Below are positions 10,703-21,429 of a stretch of 64,000 bases of DNA, piece after piece (position 1 is the stretch's first letter; each line of letters begins with the position of its first letter). The position numbers and the translations under genes are program-made. The notes below the pieces were generated by a model. That model saw only the letters and a list, made by a program, of their open reading frames with translations, was not told where the DNA came from and ran no database searches. This DNA is from Nitrospirota bacterium. GTDB lineage: Bacteria > Nitrospirota > UBA9217. The DNA is taken from positions 64,001-128,000 of the forward strand of contig CAVWHO010000021.1 in the NCBI GenBank assembly GCA_963754875.1, written 5' to 3'.

Positions 10703-11917
10703 TTATACTTTCTCCAGCATGTGTCCGAGTTTGCTCTTCTTCACCTTGAGGTAGTTAAGGTTTCTTGCATGGGGGTGCATCTCGATAGGAACGCGTGCCA
10801 CCACGGTCAAACCGTAGCCTTCAAGGCCTACGATCTTCTTGGGATTATTGGTAAGCAGCCTGATCTTACGGATGCCGAGATCGCGAAGGATCTGAGCGCC
10901 GACGCCGTAGTCCCTGAGGTCGGCCTTAAATCCGAGGGCAAGGTTCGCTTCAACGGTGTCCTTGCCCTTGTCTTGAAGTTCATACGCCTTGAGCTTGCCC
11001 TCAATGCCGATGCCGCGGCCTTCCTGCCGCATATAAAGAATCACACCCTTGCCTTCCGCATCGATCATCTGCATTGCGTTGTGGAGCTGTTCCCCGCAGT
11101 CGCAGCGTTGAGACCCGAACACATCGCCGGTGAGGCACTCGGAATGGACACGCACCATGACATCATCATCGGGTTTGATGTCGCCTTTGACGAGAGCGAT
11201 ATGGCTCTGGCGATCTATGTCATTGGCATAGAGGATTGCCGTGAACTCGTTTCCGTAAGAGGTGGGGAGCTTTGTTACCGCCACCCTGCGGACGAGAGAT
11301 TCTTTCGTGACCCGGTAGGCAATGAGGTCCTTGACTGTTACGATCTTCATGTTGTGTTTCTTGGCGAACTCGGTGAGCTGAGGCACCCGCGACATAGTGC
11401 CGTCGTCGTTCATGATCTCGCAGATCACGCCAGCGGGATACAGGCCCGCGAGCCTGGCCAAGTCCACCGAGCCTTCGGTCTGACCGGTACGCTGCAGAAC
11501 GCCTCCCGGCTTCGAGCGCAGCGGGAACACGTGCCCGGGCCTGGCAAGGTCTTCGGGGCCTGCCTTCGGGTTTATGGCAGTCTTGATCGTGGTAGCCCGG
11601 TCTGCTGCGGAAATACCCGTGGTCACGCCCTTCTTGGCTTCGATGGAAATAGTAAACGCCGTACCGAACGAGGAGGTGTTGTCCGTGGTCATCATCGGGA
11701 GCTGCAGGTGTTCCACACGCTCGGGCGTGAGAGACAGGCAGATAAGACCGCGTCCGTGGGTTGCCATGAAATTAATTGCCTCGGGAGTCACCTTCTCCGC
11801 TGCCATGGTTAGGTCGCCTTCATTCTCCCGGTCTTCATCGTCGACGAGTATGATCATCTTGCCTTTTTTTATATCGTCAAGAGCTTCTTCAATGGTATTG
11901 AACTTCATGTACATCAC
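10703..11917 (-). CDS. ribBA: Bifunctional DHBP synthase / GTP cyclohydrolase II
   Basis: [32 protein letters not shown]. Confidence 0.97.
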   Translation of the reverse strand: MMYMKFNTIEEALDDIKKGKMIILVDDEDRENEGDLTMAAEKVTPEAINFMATHGRGLICLSLTPERVEHLQLPMMTTDNTSSFGTAFTISIEAKKGVTTGISAADRATTIKTAINPKAGPEDLARPGHVFPLRSKPGGVLQRTGQTEGSVDLARLAGLYPAGVICEIMNDDGTMSRVPQLTEFAKKHNMKIVTVKDLIAYRVTKESLVRRVAVTKLPTSYGNEFTAILYANDIDRQSHIALVKGDIKPDDDVMVRVHSECLTGDVFGSQRCDCGEQLHNAMQMIDAEGKGVILYMRQEGRGIGIEGKLKAYELQDKGKDTVEANLALGFKADLRDYGVGAQILRDLGIRKIRLLTNNPKKIVGLEGYGLTVVARVPIEMHPHARNLNYLKVKKSKLGHMLEKV

Positions 11918-11992
11918 CCCTTCAAATGCCTCTTCCGCAGCCCGAATCTCGCCCCGGCAATCGGTACGCTGGGTACCGCTTCCAGAATTGTT

Positions 11993-12631
11993 TCACGCAA
12001 ATCCGTGTTTCTTTAAAAGTTCCAGACTCACGCTCCCTTCGACCCTCCCTGACAGGAGCCGTTCAACATACTTTCCAATGATGTCCGCTTCCAGGTTCAC
12101 GCTGTCACCTACGGACTTGAACCCCAGTGTTGTGAGCTTTGCGGTGTGAGGAATCATGGCAACCGAAAAGCCCGTTTTGTCAACATCAGCTACGGTGAGA
12201 CTGATTCCGTCTATGGCAATGGAACCTTTTTTTATTACATAGCGAAGGACGGTCTCCGGTGCGTCGAGGAAGATCCGCCATCCGTTTCCTTCTTCCCGTT
12301 TGCTGCGGATGCGGCCTACGGAATCCACGTGGCCGCTCACGAGGTGGCCGCCGATCCGGGCTGAGAGCTGAAGCGCTCGTTCGAGGTTTACCTTTGTTCC
12401 GATTTTCAAATTACCGAGATTCGTGACGTTGAGCGTCTCAACGGCAACGTCGGCGGAGAACTCGTTTTTGCCCAGATCCACAACCGTGAGGCAGACACCG
12501 TTCACGCAGATGCTGTCTCCCAGGACCGTGCCGTCGAGCACCGTTGAAGCGGAAATCGTGAGACGTGCGGCGCCGGCATCACGCCTCAAAACTTTTACGT
12601 TCCCCAATTCTTCCACGATTCCGGTGAACAT
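11993..12631 (-). CDS. ribE: Riboflavin synthase
   Basis: MFTGIVEE, GGHLVSGHVD, KGSIAIDGISLT. Confidence 0.97.
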   Translation of the reverse strand: MFTGIVEELGNVKVLRRDAGAARLTISASTVLDGTVLGDSICVNGVCLTVVDLGKNEFSADVAVETLNVTNLGNLKIGTKVNLERALQLSARIGGHLVSGHVDSVGRIRSKREEGNGWRIFLDAPETVLRYVIKKGSIAIDGISLTVADVDKTGFSVAMIPHTAKLTTLGFKSVGDSVNLEADIIGKYVERLLSGRVEGSVSLELLKKHGFA

Positions 12632-12677
12632 TTGTTATAAATTCTATCCTTAGTAAAATAGTTATCGAGCCGGTCGG

Positions 12678-13445
12678 CTACTGCAAGGGCGGAAGCAGGA
12701 CGATCTCGATCCTGCGGTTCTTGTGTCTTCCTTCTTCCGTGTCGTTCGAGGCAACCGGTTGGTACTCCCCGTAGCCAGTGGCGGAGAGCATATGCGGGTC
12801 AAGACCGCCTTCTTCCTGGAGATATCTCACCACCTCGGTAGCCCGGGCGGTCGAAAGTTCCCAATTGGTCGCGAACCGGTTCTTGAGCGCGCTCACGATC
12901 TGTATGTTGTCCGTGTGGCCGTCAACCTCGATCCGTTTGTCCTTCACGTCTTTCAAGATGGTGACGACCTTTGCAAGCACCGCCTTCCCTTTTTTGCCGA
13001 CCTTTGCGCTTCCCGAAGCGAAGAGAATCTGGTCCACCATGGTCACTGTGAGACGGTCCTTCATTTCCTTGATCTGAACCTGGCCTTCCTGGATCTCCTT
13101 CTCAAGCTTTTTCTGTAAATCCTGGTAGGTCTGGGTGGCCTTCTCGAGCTGCTCTGCCTTCTCTGCCTTCTCAGACAATTGACTGACTTTCGCTTGGAGC
13201 GTTTCGGTGTCCTTCTGTATTGCTTCTTTTTCCTGTTGAAGCGCGGTCTTTTCCCCTTGGAGCGCCGCGCGTTCTTTTTTCAGCGCATCCACCTCCGAAG
13301 TGAGGCTCTTAATTTGCGCCTGAAGATCATCAGCCTTTGCGCTCAGCGATTCTGCTTCTTTGGCTTTGAGATTATACGTAGATTGAGAAACGCAACCGCT
13401 CATCAACAGCAATGCAAATAACGGTAAAACAAGATGTTTTTTCAT
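12678..13445 (-). CDS. OmpA/MotB-family lipoprotein with coiled coil
   Basis: Lipobox MSGC, coiled coil, GHTD, NWELSTARA, NRRIEI. Confidence 0.9.
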   Translation of the reverse strand: MKKHLVLPLFALLLMSGCVSQSTYNLKAKEAESLSAKADDLQAQIKSLTSEVDALKKERAALQGEKTALQQEKEAIQKDTETLQAKVSQLSEKAEKAEQLEKATQTYQDLQKKLEKEIQEGQVQIKEMKDRLTVTMVDQILFASGSAKVGKKGKAVLAKVVTILKDVKDKRIEVDGHTDNIQIVSALKNRFATNWELSTARATEVVRYLQEEGGLDPHMLSATGYGEYQPVASNDTEEGRHKNRRIEIVLLPPLQ

Positions 13446-13496
13446 GCATGCCTCCTGATTATAGTAGCACTTCGCGATAAGGTGATGAACCTGGTT

Positions 13497-13525
13497 ATAA
13501 TAGCTTTAGCATGCTTTATTGTCAA
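13497..13525 (-). promoter_or_regulatory. Sigma70-type promoter
   Basis: TTGACA-N17-TATTAT on minus strand upstream of OmpA/MotB gene. Confidence 0.6.
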
Positions 13526-13634
13526 GAACATTATAGATTTATGCTATGTCGAAATATACTGTTCACCTTCTTTTACAATAGGCCGCCACAATTGTCGTGG
13601 ATTATCTCTTTCTGTCGCTGCTACGAATGAAGTT

Positions 13635-14207
13635 TTATTTTTTCCCCGACACTTGAGCCAGAAAGTCCGCGTCACTCAGCATGGCTTTTACCGCATCTGC
13701 AAGGGCCAGGCCGGCCAGCCGATTCACCAAGGCGTTTGCAGACTCGAAAAAACCCAGCCCCGATTCTGCACTTCCCTCGTAATTTTTAGACCATCCTGTT
13801 GATGAGGTGACTGCTGTTTTTACTTTGAACTGGTACGTGTCTCGTATCTGGTTAAAAATGATTTCCGGCAGCGCGATGCTCAGTGTTAACGAAGCGTTGG
13901 CCCGGACGTGCGCCCCGCGTTTTGCAAGCTCGCCTGCCAGGGACTCGACGAGCTTTTTTGACCACGCTTGTTTGTTCGCGACAAAGCCAAGGTTCTGCCC
14001 CTTATCGTTCAATATCTGAAAATCCGATGACTCTTTTTCAGCATTAACAACGATAAGAGAGACCCCGTTCATCGGAGGTGTTTCTACGTTCTTGAGCACT
14101 GGGACGGCGTTCGGCATGACCTTAACACCGCAACCCGTAAGCAACATTGCGCTGCAGACCAGTAATGCGACAATACCGTGATGGATCGATGCATGTAACT
14201 TTTCCAT
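13635..14207 (-). CDS. Hypothetical lipoprotein
   Basis: Lipobox LTGC; AGGAGG SD. Confidence 0.75.
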   Translation of the reverse strand: MEKLHASIHHGIVALLVCSAMLLTGCGVKVMPNAVPVLKNVETPPMNGVSLIVVNAEKESSDFQILNDKGQNLGFVANKQAWSKKLVESLAGELAKRGAHVRANASLTLSIALPEIIFNQIRDTYQFKVKTAVTSSTGWSKNYEGSAESGLGFFESANALVNRLAGLALADAVKAMLSDADFLAQVSGKK

Positions 14208-14464
14208 GGAAAACCTCCTGAGGATAGTACACCGTAAACTTAACTATTACTTAATTGTTAATAGTATCGTAGAGCCGGCTTAATTTGTTTCGAGCATCGT
14301 TCTTTGTAAAGTTCCAGGAAATGCAGGCTTTAAGCCGGTTTCGGGGTTTCCCATACGAAAAAAGATCGGGGATGTTTGCAGTCCAGCAGTTAGCGGTTCA
14401 ATCATTCCGATTCAACGAGAATGGGAAGCATTTGACGCCCTCGCTCTGCATCCTCTCATTTCAT

Positions 14465-16057
14465 TCATCGCGCCCTTTTTCCCGTGATCTTGCTCATAGC
14501 CCGCTCGGACAATGCCGTGATCGTAAGCGAGGGGTTCACGCCCGGATTGGCCGAGATCATCGAGCCGTCGCATATATACATGTTCTCGTATCCGAACACT
14601 TTGTTGTCTTTGTCGATCACTCCCTCGTTCCTGTCCCTGCCCATGACCGCGCCGCCAAGGATATGCGCGGTCGTGGGAATGCCGAAGAGCGTTTCCGTCA
14701 AGAGCACCATGGGTTTCCCGTTCACCAGCGCTGCGTATCTCCGGGCCAGATCACCTGCTTCAGGAATAAAGGCCGTCGGCCGCTTGCCCTGTTCTGCTGT
14801 GGTCTTCATGCCGAATATGCCTTGCTCCAAACGCAGCGTGCTGTCGATAGTCTGCATGAACAACAGGACTTGTGTTCTCTTTGCCCAATCGCGGACAAAA
14901 TAGACCTTCAGGTTTTTGATGGGGTGAAGCATGAGGTCGATCACGACTTTCAAAAGTCTGGTTAAAGCACTGCGGCCTTGGGCAAAAGGCGATCCCAGCA
15001 GCCTCCAGAATCCCGACCCCGAAGGATACCGGACCGGTTCAAGGTGGCTGTGTTCATCGGTATGGAGGATCGAGCTGATGGCAATGCCGTCGGAAAAGGT
15101 CCTGTCCTTGTCGAGCGTAGTCACGCCTATAAGGCTCTCTGAGTTGGTGCGTACACGCGACCCGACCCTGTCCGACAGGTTCGGGAGCGATCGTTTTTTC
15201 AGCTTGAGCAGGAGTTTCACGGTACCGAGCACTCCGCCGCTGAATACGATGCCGGAACAGGTACCAGAACTTCGTTTGCCAAACAACGACGTCGTAGAAC
15301 GCCAGAAAACCCGGTATCCCCGAGCACCGTCTTCCCGGCTGAGCGGATGTACGTCGTAGACAAGTGATTCCGGTCGGATCGACGCCCCTCCCTGTTCCGC
15401 AAGATAAAGATAGTTCTTGTCAAGGGTATTTTTCGCGTTATAGCGGCATCCTACCATACACCCGCCGCAAAATGTGCAGCCGCTGCGATCGGGCCCCTTC
15501 CCGTTAAAGTACGGGTCCGGTACGTTTTTCTCCGGTTCTCCGAAAAAAACCGCCACCCTCGTCGGTTCAAAGGCCGATTCCTTGCCTATCTGCTTAGCCA
15601 GCGTCTGGAGCGATTTGTCACCGTTCTCGAGACGGGGACAGGTCACCGTGCCGAGCATCTTCGAAGCCAGGGGATAAAATTCCTGGAGCTCGTGCTGCCA
15701 GTCCGCAAGATGGGACCAGCTTGATGCCTGAAAGAAATCTTGTTTCGGAACCGGCAGTGTGTTGGCATACACAAGCGACCCGCCACCCACGCCAACGCCC
15801 GAGAGGATCGTGACGTGACGGAACCAGGTAATCTTGAAAAACCCGAAGAACCTGAACAGCGGCAGCCAGAGCCATTTTTTCAGGTTCCAGTTCGTACGGG
15901 GAAAGTCTTCGGATCCCAGCCTCTTCCCCTTTTCGAGCACCAGTACCTTGTAACCTTTCTCCGTCAACCGGAGGGCCGACACGGATCCGCCGAATCCTGA
16001 TCCGATAATGATGTAATCGTAATCGAAGTTGCCGGCTTTCTGTCTGGAGTCCTTCAC
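14465..16057 (-). CDS. GMC oxidoreductase, cholesterol oxidase-like
   Basis: GSGFGG FAD motif, GVGGGSLVYAN, CTFCGGCMVGC, TAHILGG, GVNPSLTI. Confidence 0.9.
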   Translation of the reverse strand: MKDSRQKAGNFDYDYIIIGSGFGGSVSALRLTEKGYKVLVLEKGKRLGSEDFPRTNWNLKKWLWLPLFRFFGFFKITWFRHVTILSGVGVGGGSLVYANTLPVPKQDFFQASSWSHLADWQHELQEFYPLASKMLGTVTCPRLENGDKSLQTLAKQIGKESAFEPTRVAVFFGEPEKNVPDPYFNGKGPDRSGCTFCGGCMVGCRYNAKNTLDKNYLYLAEQGGASIRPESLVYDVHPLSREDGARGYRVFWRSTTSLFGKRSSGTCSGIVFSGGVLGTVKLLLKLKKRSLPNLSDRVGSRVRTNSESLIGVTTLDKDRTFSDGIAISSILHTDEHSHLEPVRYPSGSGFWRLLGSPFAQGRSALTRLLKVVIDLMLHPIKNLKVYFVRDWAKRTQVLLFMQTIDSTLRLEQGIFGMKTTAEQGKRPTAFIPEAGDLARRYAALVNGKPMVLLTETLFGIPTTAHILGGAVMGRDRNEGVIDKDNKVFGYENMYICDGSMISANPGVNPSLTITALSERAMSKITGKRAR

Positions 16058-16138
16058 GATTCATCCCCGCCTGAATGAGATGGAACCTTTCTGATCACGA
16101 CAGAGGCCGTGTTTGCCCTGGTTCCCAACTTAGAGATC

Positions 16139-16876
16139 TCACTCCTTATCCTTTTTCCCGCCGATATCAACCTGCCGGGACTGGAGCCGTTTGTAATAAA
16201 AGTTCTGGCCGTACAGCACACTGACCGGATTGTGCCCCGTGACCCGGTCCTTCACTATGAGGGTGGTAACTGGCGCGTTCGAATATTTCGCGAACAGCAT
16301 GTCATGTCCGACACAGAGGCCCACAATGGCATTCATTTCCGTCTGCGCTTCATTCAAGAGCTTTGCCTGCGCAACGGGATTGCAGGCAGGTTCGAATGTC
16401 TTGGGCCTCACCTTGTCTGTTTCAGAAAGGCCCAGTTCCAGCTTGTCGATGCTGCCGGTCTTGCAGCAAACGCTGATCGGAGTAAAGCCCTGGGCCTTCA
16501 GGATTTGGGCAAGCCTGTTCGTCTCGTCAAGAAGCCCGATGCAGGTTGCGATCCCGATCTTCTTGTAGCCCATCAGCTTTGCAAAGGCCACAGTATCCTC
16601 AACACGCGTCCAGCGGGCATTCACGGCGTCGCTGCCCGGAACCGGTTGGTAGCACAGACCTTCCACCTTCGCCGCGACTTTTGCCATCTTCGCGTCCTGG
16701 CTTTCTCCTTTATAAAGCCCGAAGCATTCCTTGATCACCTGTTCATGTTCCCGGGTCGGGCAATAGCCGGGCTTTGCAGGCCGTTTTGCCGGATCAGCGC
16801 TCCAGCAGTTCGTTGCGCCGGATTTCTGCCATACGCTGCTGCAGAGCGCACAGGAAAATTCGTTTTTATTTGTCAT
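16139..16876 (-). CDS. DUF1847-family Cys-rich putative metal-binding protein
   Basis: TRVE, KKIGIATCIGL, SVCCK, CNPVAQA, GLCVGHD, KDRVTGHNP. Confidence 0.85.
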   Translation of the reverse strand: MTNKNEFSCALCSSVWQKSGATNCWSADPAKRPAKPGYCPTREHEQVIKECFGLYKGESQDAKMAKVAAKVEGLCYQPVPGSDAVNARWTRVEDTVAFAKLMGYKKIGIATCIGLLDETNRLAQILKAQGFTPISVCCKTGSIDKLELGLSETDKVRPKTFEPACNPVAQAKLLNEAQTEMNAIVGLCVGHDMLFAKYSNAPVTTLIVKDRVTGHNPVSVLYGQNFYYKRLQSRQVDIGGKKDKE

Positions 16877-16965
16877 AGAATTCTTCCCTTTTAATCGAAT
16901 AGTAAATGCACTTTGGACCACTTATTTTACTGTTTTCAGAACAACTCTCCGGTGTTCTTCCGATA

Positions 16966-17457
16966 TCACCATTTATTCTTATGAACCTTTTTTACATCAT
17001 ACCTGCCTTCCGGTTTTGGAGGTTTCTCAAGAGGATAACCGATGGGGACAAAAGAAAACGGCTGCACATTTGCGGGGATACTCAAAAGGGCCTTGACGTG
17101 AGGTATATTTTGGGGAAACACCGTGGTCCATACGCCGCCCAGTCCTTTTGCATGGACCGCAAGAAGGATGTTCAGCGTTGCAGCAGAGCAGTCCTGGACA
17201 GCGTAGCCCTTGGCCTTTTCGTTCTGCAGGTCCTGGCATACCAGGATGCCCGTAGGAGCGCCTTTAGGTGTGTTCGTATTGATCTTATAAAACTCTTCAA
17301 GTACAGATCCGTCAAGCACAATGAATTGCCACGCCTGCTCATTAATTGCCGAGGGGGCGTTCATTGCTGCTTCAAGAGCATCCTGTATATCTCTTTCAGA
17401 AACTGCGTCAGGTTTGAATTTTCTGACGCTTCTTCGGGATTTAAGCAGCTCAAGCAT
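16966..17457 (-). CDS. Nitroreductase family protein
   Basis: RRSVRKF, APSAINEQ.W.F, GLGGVW, IGYP. Confidence 0.92.
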   Translation of the reverse strand: MLELLKSRRSVRKFKPDAVSERDIQDALEAAMNAPSAINEQAWQFIVLDGSVLEEFYKINTNTPKGAPTGILVCQDLQNEKAKGYAVQDCSAATLNILLAVHAKGLGGVWTTVFPQNIPHVKALLSIPANVQPFSFVPIGYPLEKPPKPEGRYDVKKVHKNKW

Positions 17458-17675
17458 GGCGTTTCTCCTTGTTCGAATAATCTGATTATGCACGTCTGAA
17501 GTGTATCATGAGCATAGAACTGAGCCAATTGAAAATCAGGAGTATCGGTTCAATCTTTCAAGGAGGTTTCTGAATTACAGAGTGAGGAAGTCCGGCTTCG
17601 TCATGTCATGATCAGAAATGCACTGTGCCCTTTTCTGAGCATCTCAAGGTTTGCGTCTCCGGGGTCGCGTTCCGG

Positions 17676-18446
17676 CTATCGCCAGGGATCGACAGACTCA
17701 AGAGCCAGTGTCTCTTTGACATCCCGCGTGATTTCATCTCGAATAAAACTTCTGATAAATTCCTTGTCCTGCGGGGCGATGTTGACAAACTTAAGCCCGA
17801 TTCCCGGCTCTCTGTGCTGCCCTACGCTGGTGTAGCTGTACACAACCGAACCTTCGGCCGAAATCGTTCGGTCTTTGACATGAAACCGGACAGTGATCCG
17901 CCTGTTTCTGGGATACGGTTTGTAGGTAGGTACGTACATGCCGTGTTCAGACAGGTCGATGGCACAAGAGTCTTCGGGACATTCAAGCGGCTCGTTGTTC
18001 AGAGATACGGGCGACCGGGCATCGATCCTGATACTTTCACGCGGTATTGGTTCAATGAGCGTCTGGACAATCCGGTAGAGCTCCTCGGACTGGATGGGTT
18101 TTGTAATGCAGCCCGCCGCACCGTTATCATAACATTGCCTTTCCGCAGCGGCGTCGCTGAGGGGGACCGTAAATACAACAGGGAGGGAGGCGGTACGCCT
18201 GGCTTGTTTAAGCATATGGAAGAAGTCCATGCCGCTCATGCCAGGAAGGACCAAATCAGTTACAACAAGCGCAGGGACATCTGCACTAATCAATCCGAGA
18301 GCTTCAGAAGCAGTGTACGCTTCGGAAACGTTGTATTCGAACCGCTTGAGCAGCAGGCAGATAGAAAGCATTGACTGGGTTTTATTGCCCACAACCAGGA
18401 TCGAGCTGTGCCCTCGTTTTTTCCCGAACGATGACGTGGTGTCCAT
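17676..18446 (-). CDS. Receiver-PilZ protein, paralog A
   Basis: REC (VVTDLVLPGMSG, TKP) + PilZ (RESIR, DLSEHG, GIGLKF). Confidence 0.88.
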   Translation of the reverse strand: MDTTSSFGKKRGHSSILVVGNKTQSMLSICLLLKRFEYNVSEAYTASEALGLISADVPALVVTDLVLPGMSGMDFFHMLKQARRTASLPVVFTVPLSDAAAERQCYDNGAAGCITKPIQSEELYRIVQTLIEPIPRESIRIDARSPVSLNNEPLECPEDSCAIDLSEHGMYVPTYKPYPRNRRITVRFHVKDRTISAEGSVVYSYTSVGQHREPGIGLKFVNIAPQDKEFIRSFIRDEITRDVKETLALESVDPWR

Positions 18447-18656
18447 GCTGTTCCCCCCTTTTGCTGCCCTACGGAAAAGTCATTAGTTTGGTTGCAGTTT
18501 CTTCATTAGATAAAACATGTAAATATTATAAACTATTATGGCACCGGATGCACTAGTCTATTACTAAATACCGCATTTTTTATCTTTCCGCTGGAATAGT
18601 GACTGGAGTTTCCTGTAAGCTGCAGGGCTTCTGTAATTCTCGTGACGAGCACCGAA

Positions 18657-19457
18657 CTATTTCTCATGTCCAGCAACAGGCACGGCAATGCCGTCCATCA
18701 ATTTTTTCGCGATAAAAAGCCTGATCGATTCCCTGTCCTCGGGCCTGATCTGGGTAAACTTGACACCCATGCCTACTGTCTTTTGCGGGTCTCCGGCAGG
18801 CACGCTGTATATGACCTTTCCCTCGACCCTGATGCCCCAAGCCAAAGACCGGTCCAGATACAGGGTGAAAGATGATGTCGATCCATAGGGCAGCGGATTT
18901 TGCGCGCTCACATACATCCCCTGTTCGGAAATCGCCGTGACTTTCTCTTTTTTCTCGCCGCCCGTCGGCAAAACACCACCTTCCACGATCACATCCAGGG
19001 ACGTCGTAAGCCGGACGAAACGCCGGGGCGTTCGGGAGGCGGGTTCCGTGGCCATCTGAACGGCTTCGTAGAGCTGGTTATGGTCAGCCGGCTGCATCAG
19101 ATACGCGGCGCACCCGGCCTGTTCACAGGCCTGACGATAAGAAGGGGATTCCAATGAAGTGTAGATGAGGACCGGAACGCTGTTCGTACGAGGGTTTTGC
19201 TTGACGTCCTTCAGAAGCTCGATGCCGCTCATCTGGGGAAGAGCAATCTCCGTCATGATGAGGAGGGGTATGGTCAGTTCCATGATGATCATGGCTTCCT
19301 CGGCTGTCTTTACCGGGAAAACGTGATATTTGAGACGCTGCAGCAAAACGCACGTGAAAAACTGTTTGGAGCAGTCGCCGTCAACAACAAGGACGATCTT
19401 TTTTTCCGGGTCGGTTCCCGACAGGCCGGTTTCGGGTGCCGATTTCTTTTCAATCAA
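18657..19457 (-). CDS. Receiver-PilZ protein, paralog B
   Basis: REC (IMTEIALPQMSG, MQP) + PilZ (RRFVR, AISEQG, GMGVKF). Confidence 0.88.
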   Translation of the reverse strand: MIEKKSAPETGLSGTDPEKKIVLVVDGDCSKQFFTCVLLQRLKYHVFPVKTAEEAMIIMELTIPLLIMTEIALPQMSGIELLKDVKQNPRTNSVPVLIYTSLESPSYRQACEQAGCAAYLMQPADHNQLYEAVQMATEPASRTPRRFVRLTTSLDVIVEGGVLPTGGEKKEKVTAISEQGMYVSAQNPLPYGSTSSFTLYLDRSLAWGIRVEGKVIYSVPAGDPQKTVGMGVKFTQIRPEDRESIRLFIAKKLMDGIAVPVAGHEK

Positions 19458-19546
19458 TGTCCGTTCTCCTTCAATGCAAATTAGGACAGTTCAGAGCATC
19501 CGACCCCGATGTCAAGACTATATCTCAAAATTACTGCCAGGGTATC

Positions 19547-20284
19547 TTACGGGGAGACTTCCCTCATGACGTCCTCGCGAATGAACTCTCTGATGAACGC
19601 ATGGTCTTCGGGAGCCATGCGGAGAAACTTGAGCCCCATGCCGGGTTCCGAAAACGGTCCGTCACCATACCGGTGGCTGTAGAGGACTGTTGCTTCTGCA
19701 GGGATTACTCTGCCGTTGATGTTCATCTCCACGGTAACATGTTCATTCCGGTCATGGGGTTCACGCGTGCGGACATACATGCCGTGCTCGGACAGAACCG
19801 AGGCGCATTCACCCTCGATGCAATCGAGCGGAACGTTATTCACGGATACCGTCAGCCGAGTTTCGATACGGATGTTCGACCGTGGAGTGGTTTCAATGGC
19901 CGCCTGGACGGCCCGGTAGAGATCTTCTACCTGGACGGGCTTCGGAAGCGCCGTGATTTTGAGGGCGAGGCACCTCCGCTCCGCAGCCTCGTCTCCGGTA
20001 GGTCTGAGAAAAATCATGGGGACGGAAGCAGTGCGGGGGTCCTGTTTGAGCAGGCTATTGAGGTCAACGCCGCTCATTACCGGGAGATACAGGTTCGCAA
20101 TGACGAGAGCAGGGATTGCCACCGATACCATGTCGAGCGCCTGGACCGACGTATTCGCAGTGCATACACGGTAGCCGAACCGTTGGAGGAGCATGGCACA
20201 CGTGAACAGGTCGGTGGTTTTGCTGTCCACGACCAGGAGGTAGCGCTTCGTACGTTTGGTCGAACCCGATGCAGTACGATTCAT
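19547..20284 (-). CDS. Receiver-PilZ protein, paralog C
   Basis: REC (VIANLYLPVMSG, PKP) + PilZ (RSNIR, VLSEHG, GMGLKF). Confidence 0.88.
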   Translation of the reverse strand: MNRTASGSTKRTKRYLLVVDSKTTDLFTCAMLLQRFGYRVCTANTSVQALDMVSVAIPALVIANLYLPVMSGVDLNSLLKQDPRTASVPMIFLRPTGDEAAERRCLALKITALPKPVQVEDLYRAVQAAIETTPRSNIRIETRLTVSVNNVPLDCIEGECASVLSEHGMYVRTREPHDRNEHVTVEMNINGRVIPAEATVLYSHRYGDGPFSEPGMGLKFLRMAPEDHAFIREFIREDVMREVSP

Positions 20285-20376
20285 GGTTTACTCGCTCTCG
20301 TGCGCTGTCTGAAATATAATAAGTTATGGAGATAGGAGCAAACCGTCTCTCCACTCAAAGATCAATAATTCAATCG

Positions 20377-21291
20377 TCATTTCATCAACGAAAGGATCGC
20401 CTTCCTGTCCATCTGTTTCAACAGTTCGGTTGCTCGATTCCTGTCCGCGGTAATGATAATTTTTATGGTCTGCGCCTTAACGCTTTGGGTCTCATGCGGT
20501 ACATGACCGCGGAACACCCCGTTTCCCGCCTGTTGCCAATCACCAAAGAGAATAATGGTCTTGCCCTCTTGCCAGATCGTAGGCCCCTTCCGCTCCCCTA
20601 CACGGCGGAACGCGAACGCGGCTCCCGTGACCGAAACCGGCTCATTGTTCGCGGCTTCCGCCCATTCATCGTTCACGACGATATCGACGACGGCCTCGGC
20701 ATCTTTGATCAAATATTGGTCGACATCGCGACTGATCTTATTATCAACGTCCTCATGGATGGCGTGCATCTTCCGGCCGTTCTCATCCAGTTCGTCATTC
20801 AGCCGCTGCATTTCCGCTTGGTTCTTGCGCCGGGTAGCTTTGCGCAGGGCCAAGGAGGTTGTAGTCTGCTGTCTCAGCAGATCATTGATCTGCGCATTGG
20901 CTTCCTCTCCGTGTCTTTCAGAACTTTCGGTGTAGACTTCATTAAGTCTTTTTTTTTCATCCTTCATCCCAGCAACACGCTTGTACTGAATCTGATACGT
21001 GAAGCGATATGGATAATTTGGCCCCGCGTTCGTTGACTGCGGCAAAGGACCGCTTTTTGTCTCGCCGGCAATGGTCCATCCCGCAGGTGCTAGGGGCATT
21101 GCTTGCTTTAGTTTGTTCAGGGCCGGCAGAACGGTAGACGTATAAAAGCTGCTCTCCTCCTGGGCAACCGGTTTTGGATCATCACCGGCATGGACAGGGA
21201 GTGCTGTACTGGAGAAAATAGCGAGAATGACGGTGATAAGGAGGGACGTCGACTGTTTCGTTGATCCTGTCATAATTTTGCTGTTTATCAC
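20377..21291 (-). CDS. Hypothetical exported protein with central coiled coil
   Basis: Signal peptide ending VHA; start uncertain. Confidence 0.75.
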   Translation of the reverse strand: MINSKIMTGSTKQSTSLLITVILAIFSSTALPVHAGDDPKPVAQEESSFYTSTVLPALNKLKQAMPLAPAGWTIAGETKSGPLPQSTNAGPNYPYRFTYQIQYKRVAGMKDEKKRLNEVYTESSERHGEEANAQINDLLRQQTTTSLALRKATRRKNQAEMQRLNDELDENGRKMHAIHEDVDNKISRDVDQYLIKDAEAVVDIVVNDEWAEAANNEPVSVTGAAFAFRRVGERKGPTIWQEGKTIILFGDWQQAGNGVFRGHVPHETQSVKAQTIKIIITADRNRATELLKQMDRKAILSLMK

Positions 21292-21429
21292 AAAGTTTTA
21301 GATCGAAACCGTACTGATTACCCGTGCGCAGAGATCATCCGGCACGTACGTATTCTGAAGACATCCGTGAAGCTTGAGATAGTTGCAATAAAAAACGATT
21401 TACCGAACGTCCGTTGTTGGGATACTTAA

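Noticed and set aside
10721..11812. Long antisense ORFs (this one, 19436-20335, 44731-45678 and others)
   Set aside because: Shadows of well-supported opposite-strand genes; no recognisable motifs
12632..12677. FMN riboswitch expected upstream of rib genes
   Set aside because: Only 46 bp of intergenic sequence and no motif
17584..17600. GAGGAAGTCCGG resembling the RNase P RNA 5' motif
   Set aside because: One A short, under 100 nt before the next gene, and no 3' partner motif seen
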